Source: Eledone cirrhosa (Eukaryota). Taken from it: a DNA stretch of 64,000 nucleotides. Location: contig OZ024740.1 in assembly GCA_964016885.1 (NCBI GenBank), positions 930,001-994,000 of the forward strand. Reading direction: 5' to 3'. Each line of letters starts with the position of its first letter. The first letter of the stretch is position 1. A program made the position numbers and the translations under genes. This document shows, piece by piece, positions 26,360-36,959 of the stretch. The notes beneath the pieces were generated by a model. The model had not been told where the DNA came from and made no database searches. It saw only the letters and a program-made list of their open reading frames with translations.

Positions 26360-28350
26360 TCATCATCATCATCACCGTTTTACGTCCGTTCTTCCACGCT
26401 AGCATGGGTTAGACGGGTTGTCCTGTTGTGGGTAGTGTCTGGTCGGCTGACCATGCCTTGCTCATACAAGAACTGATTTGGCTTGATTTCTACAGCTGGA
26501 TGCCCTTCCTAACACCAACCTCCACGACCACCTTGCGGAGGGGGGTGTGGGGGCATATTGTCTGTATGCTTCAGCTTGTACCCATGGGAGGTCGGGTACT
26601 GTATTACTGTGTGACACCAGAAGTCACGGTCGTGTGTCATTGCCTTTGAAAGGTGTAATTGGGGAAGGTCGGCTTTTATCACCTCATCCCAGGTCATCTT
26701 GGGTCTCCCCACTCTGCGGTTTCCATCGACTTCTAGTGCTCTACACCTTTTTATGCAGCTGTCATCCTTCATACGCATCACATGTCCATACCAGCGCAAC
26801 CGCCTCTCCTGCACACAGCATTTGATTCCTCTTATGCTCAGTGTCTCTCTCAATTCCTTTATGCTTTGTCGTTCACGTATATTACTGTTACACATCCATC
26901 GGAGCATGCAGGCTTCGTTTCTTTCTAATCTACGTAAGTCTTCCACCTTCAGCGCCCAGGTCTCACTACCATGCAACATCGCTGTTCGGATACACGCATC
27001 ATACAGTCTGCCTTTCATTCTGAGGGAGAAGCCTTTTGCAGCTAGCAGTGGTAGTAGTTCCCTAAACTTCTTCCATCCCGTTCTTACCCTAGTTATTGTA
27101 CTTTCTGAACACCCACCTCCGCTGCTAATTCAGTCACCTAGGTAGCAAAAGCTGTCTACTGTTTCTACAGAGCCCTCCCAGAGATTGGTGGTACTTGTTT
27201 CCTGTGGCTGTTTGCTGCTTGCTGTCCCAGCACAGCTGCTGCATGTGAAGCCTACATTCTTAATTAAGCTTCTTGAGATCCCGCTACATCTCTTGTGTAC
27301 CCATTGTTTGCATTTGGGGCAGAGAATGGAGTTCCTACCTACACCTTTCCTACATACTGAGCAAGGCCATTTCCCTGAGGGGATCTGGGTTCTGTTTTCT
27401 CGTCTACTTACAAGGACCTTAGTCTTTGTAATGTTGACTTTGAGACCCTTTCTTTCTAGTCCCTGCTTCCAAGTTTGGAATTTATTCTCTAGTTCTACCA
27501 AAGATTTAGCTATAAGTGCGAGGTCATCAGCATACAGGAGTTCTCATGGGCATCCGGTCTTAAACTCCTCCGTTATTGCCTGCAGGACTATGATGAACAG
27601 GAGAGGGCTAAGAACAGAGCCCTGGTGGACCCCAACCTGTACGCTAAATTCCTCGCTATACTCATTGCTAATCCTAACTTTGCTGACTGCTCCTCTATAC
27701 ATGGCTTGTACCGCTTTCACAAGCCATTCATCTACTCCTAGTTTTCTAAGAGCCCACCAGATTACAGTACGTGGAACTCTGTCAAAGGCTTTCTCCAGGT
27801 CGACAACTGCCAAGTAGAGTGGCTTACTTTTAGCTAGGTACTTTTCCTGTAACTGCCTCACAAGGAAGAGGGCATCAGTGGTGCCTCTTCCTGGTACAAA
27901 CCCAAATTGCATCTCATCTATTTTCACCCGGTCCCTAATCAACTGTGCTATAACTCTTTCTGTTACTTTCATGACCTGGTCCATCAACTTTATACCTCTA
28001 TAGTTTCCTCTATCTAGTGCATCACCTTTACCTTTGTAGCAGTTGACAATGATGCTACTGCACCAATCTTTTGGTATGACACCTTCTAGTATTACCTGGT
28101 TAACAATACGTGTGGTTATAGTGTGACCTACAGACCCAGATGCCTTCAGCATCTCGGCAGCTATACCCGATGGACCGGTTGCCTTCCCCATCTTCATATC
28201 TTTGATTGCCTTACTTACTACGTTGCTGCTGATTTGTACTGCTGGCCCCTCTATAGGGTCTACTTGGGGTAGGGTCTCTTCTTCCCATGCATTCTCCTCA
28301 TTTAGTAATCTATCATAATGACTCTTCCATGCATCTTTCTTCTCAGCACT
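26360..28350 (-). mobile_element. RTE LINE, 5'-truncated
   Basis: KATGPSGI..YKGKGDALDRGNYRGIKL..QFGF..DLEKAFDRVP..GVHQGSVLSPLLF. Premature stops and a (GAT)n tail. Confidence 0.92.
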
Positions 28351-28375
28351 ATAACAGTATATCTAACTATATATA

Positions 28376-28755
28376 TCATCATCATCAACGTTTAACATCC
28401 GTGTTCCACGCTTGCATGGGTTTGGACGGGGGTTTTCCCACTTGAGGCAAGAGTGATTATCTTGCTCGCATAGGATTATCTGGCAGGTTTTCTACAGCTG
28501 GATGCCCTTCCTAACACCAACCACATTTACAGTGTGGGGCTGGGAGGTTTTTACTGTATTGCCTACACGGCCACATTACAGCGTGGACTGTCTGGTGGGT
28601 TTTCTACAGCTGAATGCACTTCCTAACACCAACCACATTTACAGTGTGGGGCTGGGAGGTTTTTACCGTGTTGCCTACACGGCCACATTACAGCGTGAAC
28701 TGTGTGCTTTTTGTCGTGACACCTACACGATCTCATTTGTTTCGGCCTGGATGTT
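28376..28755 (-). mobile_element. RTE LINE 3' UTR fragment with an internal ~113-bp tandem duplication
   Basis: Matches the 3' UTR of 24128-25866. Block tttctacagctg..gcgtggactgt is repeated at about 28490 and 28601. Confidence 0.75.
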
Positions 28756-28815
28756 ATATATATATATATAACAGTATATCTAACTATATATATATATATA
28801 TATATAACAGTATAT

Positions 28816-28861
<46 letters not shown>

Positions 28862-29021
28862 TTAGTTATACTATTTATGGTTATGTAAATACAAAACCTT
28901 ATGCAGTTATAAGTATTTTTTATACACACCCTAAATAGTGGTAGGCAGTAATGTATTACTACCTTATTACCAGTAAGTTAAGTAGCTCAATGTAAAAACA
29001 TCAGATGATTTACAGAGCAGT

Positions 29022-29277
29022 TATATGAAATATAAGAATCAAAGAACTGTTCAAAACATTATTGTGCTTACAGCTGTTTCCTCCAAACCGAGGTTTGGAT
29101 TCTTCGGAGCAATTTATTAATGCATGGACAGTTATATGACCTCCTTTTCAGCCAAGAGACTGAAAAGGAAGTCATATAACTGTCCATGCATTAATAAATT
29201 GCTCCGAAGAATCCAAACCTCGGTTTGGAGGAAACAGCTGTAAGCACAATAATGTTTTGAACAGTTCTTTGATTCTT

Positions 29278-29289
<12 letters not shown>
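29022..29289. repeat. Near-perfect palindrome (130-bp arms, 8-nt loop)
   Basis: Arms 29022-29151 and 29160-29289 are complementary, with one mismatch seen (29141/29170). Confidence 0.95.
29200..29246 (+). ncRNA. Minimal type-I hammerhead-ribozyme-like motif (mirror copy on the minus strand at 29065-29111)
   Basis: TGCT-CCGAAGA-a-TCCAAACC/tc/GGTTTGGA-g-GAAA-CAGCT-GTA-AGCA: core with a U4C variant, stem II, palindromic stem III, GUA site and a 4-bp stem I. Confidence 0.6.
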
Positions 29290-29322
<33 letters not shown>

Positions 29323-29394
29323 GTATATCTAACTATATATATATATATATATATAAAACAGTATATCTAACTATATATATATATATAACTATAT

Positions 29395-29455
<61 letters not shown>

Positions 29456-29459
<4 letters not shown>

Positions 29460-29594
29460 TGTTAGGAAGGGCATCCAGCTGTAGAAAACCCGCCAGACAG
29501 TCCTATGCGAGCAAGACAACCACTCTTGCCTCAAGTGGGAAAACCCCCGTCCAAACCCATGCAAGCGTGGAACATGGACGTTAAACGATGATGA

Positions 29595-29598
<4 letters not shown>
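29456..29598 (+). mobile_element. Short RTE 3'-tail insertion
   Basis: GTTAGGAAGGGCATCCAGCT..GGACGTTAAAC(GAT)n inside (TA)n. Confidence 0.8.
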
Positions 29599-29628
<30 letters not shown>

Positions 29629-29672
29629 CAGTATATCTAACTATATATATATATATATAAAAAACAGTATAT

Positions 29673-29712
<40 letters not shown>

Positions 29713-29817
29713 GTATATCTAACAGTATATATATATATATAACAGTATATATATATATATATAACAGTATATATATACGATATTAACAAATGGAAACTAT
29801 ATTTATAAAACCATATT

Positions 29818-29882
29818 TATTTCATTATACATATTTCAAGGATACCAAGTTAAATTATGGTATGCCTTCATCAGACAAAATA
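29818..29882 (-). ncRNA. Minimal type-I hammerhead-ribozyme-like motif (family of the 59.5-59.9 kb palindrome)
   Basis: Minus strand reads TATTTTGT-CTGATGA-AGGCATACCA..TGGTATCCTT-GAAA-TATGT-ATA-ATGAAATA. Confidence 0.65.
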
Positions 29883-30117
29883 CAATATATACCAGTTTTA
29901 TAAATAAACATTGACGTACCCTTTTCAAAATGCGACCGTTAGTGTTATAAAAATATTTACTTTTTAAATAAAACTTTTGCATATATATATATAACAGTAT
30001 ATCTAACTATATATATATACATAAAACAGTATAACTAACTATATATATATATAAAACAGTATATCTAACTATATATTTAAAACATTATATCTAACTATAT
30101 ATATAAAACATTATATC

Positions 30118-30300
30118 TTGGATTGGCAGTATCGGTAGAGGGTCGGACGCCATGCTTTCCACCATAGTTACGTCCCTTTACGATCTGAGTTCAAATCCCG
30201 CCGAGGTTGACTTTGCCTTTCATCCTTACGGGGTCGATAAAATAAAGTACCAGTAATGCACTGGGTAATTGCTGGCTTTGTGCCTAAAGTAGAAACAATT
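30118..30300 (+). mobile_element. tRNA-derived SINE, second family (other copies 42083-42268 +; 42780-42890 -)
   Basis: TGGCAGTATCGGTAGAG (A box-like), GAGTTCAAATCC (B box) and GGGGTCGATAAAATAAAGTACCAGT body. Confidence 0.8.
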
Positions 30301-30367
30301 ATATCTAACTATATATATATAACAGTAAATATATATATATATAACAGTATATATATATATATATATA

Positions 30368-31781
30368 TGTTCTTAGCCCCCTACTATTTATTATTGCCCT
30401 TCAGGCTATAACAGTGGAGTTCAAGACCGGCTGCCCATGGGAACTCCTATACGCAGATGATCTAACGCTCATAGCTGAATCAATGGCCGAGCTAGAGAAG
30501 AAATTCCAAACATGGAAGCACGGCCTAGAATCAAAAGGCCTTAAAATTAACCTGGCTAAGACTAAAGTTCTAGTTTGTAGGAAAGAAAATAAGGCACCGG
30601 TCCCTCCCGGGAAATGGCCATGCTCAGTGTGTAGGAAAAGCGTAGGTAGAAACTCCATTTTATGTCCCAAATGCAAAGTATGGGTGCATAAAAGATGTAG
30701 TGGGATCACAGGTAAGCTAACTAAGAACATAGATTTTACATGTGGCCGGTACTCTGGCGCAATAAGTAGCAGCAAGAGCCCACAAAATACTAGTTCTTTC
30801 AATTGTGCAGAGGGTTCTATAGAAATAGTGGACAGCTTCCGTTACCTGGGTGACAAAATCAGCAGTGGGGAGGGTGCTCTGAAAGTACAGTAGCTAGAGT
30901 CAGAACTGGATGGAAAAAGTTCAGAGAGCTTATACCACTATTAGCCGCTAAAGGGTTCTCCCTAAAAATGAAAGGCAGGCTGTATGATGCCTGCATACGA
31001 ACAGCAATGTTGCATAGCAGTGAGACCTGGGCATTGTGTGCAGAGGATATACGCAGACTAGAGAGGAACGAAGCTTGCATGCTCCGCTGGATGTGTAATA
31101 GTAATATACGCGAACTAAGGGAAAAATTAGAAATAAGAGGGATCAGATGTTGTTTACTCGAGAGAAGGCTACGTTGGTATGGTCACGTGATGCGCATGAA
31201 AGACGACAGCTGTATAAAAAAGTGCAGGGCAATAAAGATAGACGGTAGCCACGGAGTAGGCAGACCCAGAAAAACCTGGGACGACCTGATAAATTCCGAC
31301 CTCACACACTTACACCTCTCCAAGACAATGTCACTGGACCGAGATCTTTGGCGGTACTCAGTAATAGAGAAGACCCGCCTTACCTAAATACAAAGTAAAA
31401 CCTACTACAGTCAGTAGGCATCTCTAACAAAATACAGCCCCGTCCCACCACCCCCACCCCATCCACACCGCCCCTTTCAATGTAAAGTTATGTTGGTGCC
31501 ACAACATCCAGGCCGAAACAAATGAGATCGTGTAGGTGTCACGACAAAAAAACACACAGTCCACGCTGTAATGTGGCCGTGTAGGCAACACGGTAAAATC
31601 CTTCCAGTCCCACACTGTAAATGTGGTTGGTGTTAGGAAGGGCATCCAGCTGTAGAAAACCCGCCAGACAGTCCTATGCGAGCAAGAAAACCACTCTTGC
31701 CTCAAGTGGAAAAACCCCCGTCCAAACCCATGCAAGCGTGGAACATGGACGTTAAACGATGATGATGATGATGATGATGAT
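30368..31781 (+). mobile_element. RTE LINE, 5'-truncated; same subfamily as 24128-25866 in opposite orientation
   Basis: GCPWELLYADDL..GKWPCSVC..MKGRLYDACIRTAML..GRPRKTW, 3' UTR and (GAT)n tail. Confidence 0.92.
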
Positions 31782-31889
31782 ATATAAATATATATAACAG
31801 TATATCTAACTATATATATATATATAACAGTATATATATATATATATAACAGTATATATCTATATATATATAACAGTATATATATATAT

Positions 31890-33157
31890 ATATATAAAAC
31901 AGAGGATGTTTGTCAGTGTGTCTGTTTCCCTAAAACTCGAGAAGTACCCAACTGTTTTTTTTCAAACACATGTAACCCGTATGGCTCCGGAAGTGTTTTG
32001 AGCAAAAAAAAATTTCAAACTATTCTGACCTGGGGATCGAATTAGTGAAGTGGCCAATGTCTGTATATAATGAGGGAGTGAGAGGGGAGAGAAAGCAACG
32101 GAGAGGCGAAGTGAAGAAGTGGCTCTCTACTCCTCCTCCTCCCCATTCGTCACAGCGTTTTTCGATAGAGGGAAGAAATGTGAACGAGTTACGGAGAGAA
32201 AGAGTGAGAGTGAAAGAAACAGACAGACTAAAAGAGGGGGATAGCAGGAGAGAGAGAGAGAGAGTGACAAACGCTGTCTTTTGAGAGTTGTATGCGTCAA
32301 AGATACATGACAGTGGAATAACTATTGCGTGTGTGTGTGTGTGTGTTTGTTTGCATGCGTGAGTGTGTATGTGTGCGTGAGTGATTATAAACTCTCTCAC
32401 ATGGTCTGATGGAATTAACCCTTTAGCATTTAAATTACTCTATATATACTATAATATTTTCATGGTAAAGGCTTTATCTCACATAATATAAAAATCTCAT
32501 AGATTTAATATTATTTATTTTGAGAACAATACCTTAACCCTTTAGTATTCATGTGAGTGAGTTATAAAGAGAAAGAGTGAGAGTGAAAGAAACAGACAGA
32601 CTAAAAGAGGGGGATAGCGGCAGAGAGAGAGAGAGATGCTCGAAGAGGGGAAGGAAAGCTATATGTCTTGCTGTCTGCACTACGATACATATATATACAC
32701 ACACACAGTGATCGCGTCATAATGACGTAATGCAGACAGCCAGACATACAGACAGATATTATAAGGGCGCAACATTATATCTATGTATCTATCTAAAAAG
32801 TATAGAATTATAGAGAGAGATCGCTAAATTGCCTAATGCGGTCCCTAGGGCATTGAAAATTTGAAATATTTTTTGCTCAAAACACTCACAGGACCATAAG
32901 TATTACATGTGTAAAGTTTGAAAACAATCGGTTGGGTCGTTCTCAAGTTTTAGTGAGCTGAGAGACAGACAGACATTCTCTGTTTTAGATATATAGATAT
33001 ATATATAATTATATATTCGTGTACAGATATTTTTGCATACACAATAACAAAATATAAATAAACGTATTTATTTCACGAGGCTCAATAAGGATAAATATAT
33101 ATCAAATATATAAGAACTCTAGAGCAAATCCCGAGTAACGCCGGGCCATTCTGCTAG
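31890..33157 (+). mobile_element. Non-autonomous Helitron-like composite with an inverted copy of its 5' part (about 32850-32998) and a nested MITE piece
   Basis: 5' ATATAAAACAGAGGATGTTTGTC with its reverse-complement relative at about 32850-32998. 3' hairpin CCCGAGTAACGCCGGG followed by CTAG (33154-33157) and T. Confidence 0.65.
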
Positions 33158-33193
33158 TATATATATATCACAGTATATCTAACTATATATATA

Positions 33194-33614
33194 CAGGGTG
33201 CTGACGATATTTGTTCGCAATTTTCAACTGATAATTTTATGCAAATTTTTTTTACTTCCGTTGTCACTCTTGTCTTCATAAAAACAGTGACTATATGTCC
33301 ATTATTTATTTTCAGAATAATTGATTATGAATAATTTTGAACCTCCAAATTTGTACGAAAGACGATCTGAAGGCCAGGATCACAATTGCCTTTAGGGGCA
33401 TAAGTCGGGGGACAGTGACGAAGGCCTGTAGCCAGTTCCGCGGCCGCCTTGAGGCCGTCATCAAAGCCAATGGCGGGTTTATCGAGTGAGATCGAAAGAA
33501 CAACTCATGAAGACAAACTGACCCAAGTTTGATAAATATATCTTAAAAAAATAAAACTACTGTGTTATTTTTTTCTAGACAGTAATCTTGCGAACAAATA
33601 TCGTCCGTACCCTG
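33194..33614 (+). mobile_element. Internally deleted Tc1/mariner DNA transposon
   Basis: TIRs CAGGGTGCTGACGATATTTGTTCGCAA and TTGCGAACAAATATCGTCCGTACCCTG, flanked by TA. Transposase C-terminus DDLKARITIAF..KACSQFRGRLEAVIKANGGFIE*. Confidence 0.88.
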
Positions 33615-33675
33615 TATATATATATATATAACAGTATATCTAACAAAATAGTTAACTAAACAGAAAATAACTTAC

Positions 33676-33790
33676 TGTAGATATATAGGTTTTTGGTAAG
33701 TCATAGTGTAGAACGAGATCAGTCAACAAAATATGGCCCTTCTCCTGTAATTTCTCATGAATCTCTTCTGCTATACAGTCCTTGTAATTA
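33676..33790 (-). CDS. UFL1: UFL1 coding exon 4 (115 nt): (S)NYKDCIAEEIHEKLQEKGHILLTDLVLHYDLPKTYIST
   Basis: Acceptor ttttcctcccatcaaag and donor gtaagt, with phase-2 entry. Resembles human [20 protein letters not shown]..YDLP. Confidence 0.95.
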
Positions 33791-33863
33791 CTTTGATGGG
33801 AGGAAAATAAAGAAATCAATATTTAACAATTGTTTACATATGTTACTATACTCTACAGAGTGC

Positions 33864-35420
33864 ATAGACACTCACATATGGAGGCTGTCATGTCTTCTAC
33901 ATAACATAGACACCGACATAGGGAGGCTGTCATGTCTTTGACATAACATAGACACCCACATAGGGAGGCTGTCATGTCTTCTACATAACATAGACACCCA
34001 CATAGGGAAGCTGTCATGTCTTTGACATAACATAGACACCCACATATGGAGGCTGTCATGTCTTTGACATAACATAGACACCCACATATGGAGGCTGTCA
34101 TGTCTTCTACATAACATAGACACCCACATAGGGAGGCTGTCATGTCTTCTACACAACATAGACACCGACATAGGGAAGCTGTCATGTCTTTGACATAACA
34201 TAGACACCCACATAGGGAGGCTGTCATGTCTTCTACATAACATAGACACCCACATAGGGAAGCTGTCATGTCTTTGACATAACATAGACACCCACATATG
34301 GAGGCTGTCATGTCTTTGACATAACATAGACACCCACATATGGAGGCTGTCATGTCTTCTACATAACATAGACACCCACATAGGGAGGCTGTCATGTCTT
34401 CTAGATAACAGACACCGACATAGGGAAGCTGTCATGTCTTTGACATAACATAGACACCAACATATGGAGGCTGTCATGTCTTCTACATAACATAGACACC
34501 GACATAGGGAGGCTGTCATGTCTTTGACATAACATAGACACCCACATAGGGAGGCTGTCATGTCTTCTACATAACATAGACACCCACATAGGGAGGCTGT
34601 CATGTCTTCTACATAACATAGACACCGACATAGGGAAGCTGTCAGTTCTTTGACATAACATAGACACCCACATAGGGAGGCTGTCATGTCTTTGACATAA
34701 CATAGACACCCACATAGGGAAGCTGTCAGTTCTTTGACATAACATAGACACCCACATAGGGAGGCTGTCATGTCTTCTACATAACATAGACACCCACATA
34801 GGGAGGCTGTCAGTTCTTTGACATAACATAGACACCCACATAGGGAGGCTGTCATGTCTTTGACATAACATAGACACCCACATAGGGAAGCTGTCATGTC
34901 TTCTACATAACATAGACACCGACATAGGGAAGCTGTCATGTCTTCTACATAACATAGACACCGACATAGGGAAGCTGTCATGTCTTCTACATAACATAGA
35001 CACCGACATAGGGAAGCTGTCATGTCTTCTACATAACATAGACACCGACATAGGGAGGCTGTCATGTCTTTGACATAACATAGACACCCACATAGGGAAG
35101 CTGTCATGTCTTCTACATAACATAGACACCCACATAGGGAGGCTGTCATGTCTTTGACATAACATAGACACCCACATAGGGAGGCTGTCATGTCTTTGAC
35201 ATAACATAGACACCCACATAGGGAGGCTGTCATGTCTTTGTCATAACATAGACACCCACATAGGGAGGCTGTCATGTCTTCTACATAACATAGACACCCA
35301 CATAGGGAGGCTGTCATATCTTAGACATAACACACACATATAGCGAGAGAGAGGGAGGCTGTCATGTCTTTGACATAACACACATATAGGGAGGATGTCA
35401 TGTCTCTGACATAACATACA
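33864..35420. repeat. 42-bp minisatellite, about 37 copies (GACACCCACATAGGGAGGCTGTCATGTCTTTGACATAACATA)
   Basis: Period 42, giving a 14-aa repeat in minus-strand ORFs. Degenerate at the right edge. Confidence 0.97.
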
Positions 35421-35798
35421 TACATCCAAGTTCACCTTGTAAGGTGGTCGTGCTGGTGACACGAGAAAAACACCCAGTTCACCCTGTAAATGGTCATGTG
35501 GGTGACAACAAAAATCACCCAGTCCACCCTGTAAGGTGGTCATTTTGGTGCCAAAATAAAAAGTACCCAGTCCACACTTTAGCGAGGTTGGGTATCCAGC
35601 TATAGAAACCAAGCCAAAATACAGATCCATATGAACATGATGTGGTCTCTGACCTGACTTCTCTCATAACGTGACGTTTCTTGACATTTCTTCAAACTAT
35701 CATCATCCATATATGTCCATACCAGTGCAGTTTTCTCTCTTGCTCACTATATCTGTTTCCTCTTATACCCCATTTTTCTCTCAATTCGTCCACATTAA

Positions 35799-35997
35799 CC
35801 CATTAGCATTTAAACTGGCCATATCCAGCTAGAATTCTCTCACCTCTTTCAGTTCAAATCAGCCATAACTGGCCACTCATACTGATGTTAAGATATTGTT
35901 CTCAAAATCTCATAGATTCAATATTATGTGAGATAATTATGTAAGATAAAACCTTTACCACAAAAATACAATAGTATATATAGAGTAATGTAAAGGG
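35799..35997. mobile_element. piggyBac-like MITE (TTAA-flanked). Relatives at 32419-32550, about 40644-41072 (with SINE insert) and 52193-56571 (with Gypsy insert)
   Basis: TTAA|CCC(A/T)TTA...TAAAGGG|TTAA termini. Shared body ctggccatatccagc..agaattct among copies. Confidence 0.7.
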
Positions 35998-36959
35998 TTA
36001 AAGAATGCTCACTTTATTTATCTTCCTCATATGAGTGCCTTCCATCATTATACCAATACTAGAAAAACTGACCTGTCGATTGCATGGTAAACTATATATT
36101 CTTTAGAATGTGTGTATGTGTGTATATTTATATATATGATGGCTGCAACTAAATTTCGAGTAATGCCATCGCTTGATACCTAAGCATGAGCATCATCGAC
36201 ATGGCTTTTTAGTCATGCTAGGGGCTTGCCTATTGCCAGCCATGCCATGCATCACAAAAAATGTCACATATCAAGCGATGCCTGTGCTTGAAGCTTTTTT
36301 AAGTGCGGAAAGACTTTTCACAGGGCCAGTCCCTCTCTCTGGACATCAAAAAGTAGAACTGGTCTACATCATTAGATGCAAATGAAGTTGCAGGTTTTAT
36401 ATCAGAATGACTTTCTCCTAGAGAGATGTCTTAATGAAGACTAGGAGTCTGTTGCTGAAAAAAAAAGAAAAATGGGACAATTGTGAGTTTTTAACTCAAT
36501 ATATACTTTTCAAGAATTCAGCTCCTATACTTTTGCCGAACTTTTACATGTTGAGTGATCTGGCTACTATTTTTTGGGGTAGCTTACGTTCATCTCGACC
36601 CGCTAGGTACGGTGCGTTTTTCTCTGTTAATACACGCACACGTTGTCTAGTCTTCTAAGACATTTAGTTATGTCGAGATTATTGCTCTGAACATCCACTG
36701 AAGTGCATTGGATTAGTAACTCTCTACACTTGGTTGTGAAACAGTTCTACATCTACATCTGTATTTTTCTCTCTCTATTATATTATACGGCTCAGAAAAC
36801 TCTTTCCTAGAGCTATTCTAATCACAGGGGACTATTGTGAGTTTTTAATTCAATATATACTTTTGATACATTCATATATATATATTTATATAAACATACA
36901 TACATTCATATATATATATATATATATGATAGCTGCAAACTCTGCTAAGAGTATTGCAA

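Larger units (their letters stand above)
23113..33644. repeat. Dispersed tandem array of (TA)n-AACAGTATATCTAAC-(TA)n units interrupted by many retroelement insertions
   Basis: The core recurs many times, near 23136, 23530, 24075, 24106, 25894, 25922, 26341, 28353, 28770, 29319, 29627, 29709, 29993, 31796, 33170 and 33630. Confidence 0.85.

Noticed and set aside
25141-27817. + strand ORFs of 110-210 aa opposite RTE elements
   Set aside because: These are antisense shadows of LINE ORF2 with no independent features.
33853-35317. Metallothionein-like Cys-rich 481-aa ORF as a gene
   Set aside because: It is made entirely of minisatellite units, changes frame mid-array and has no unique termini. 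Kept only as a low-interest finding.
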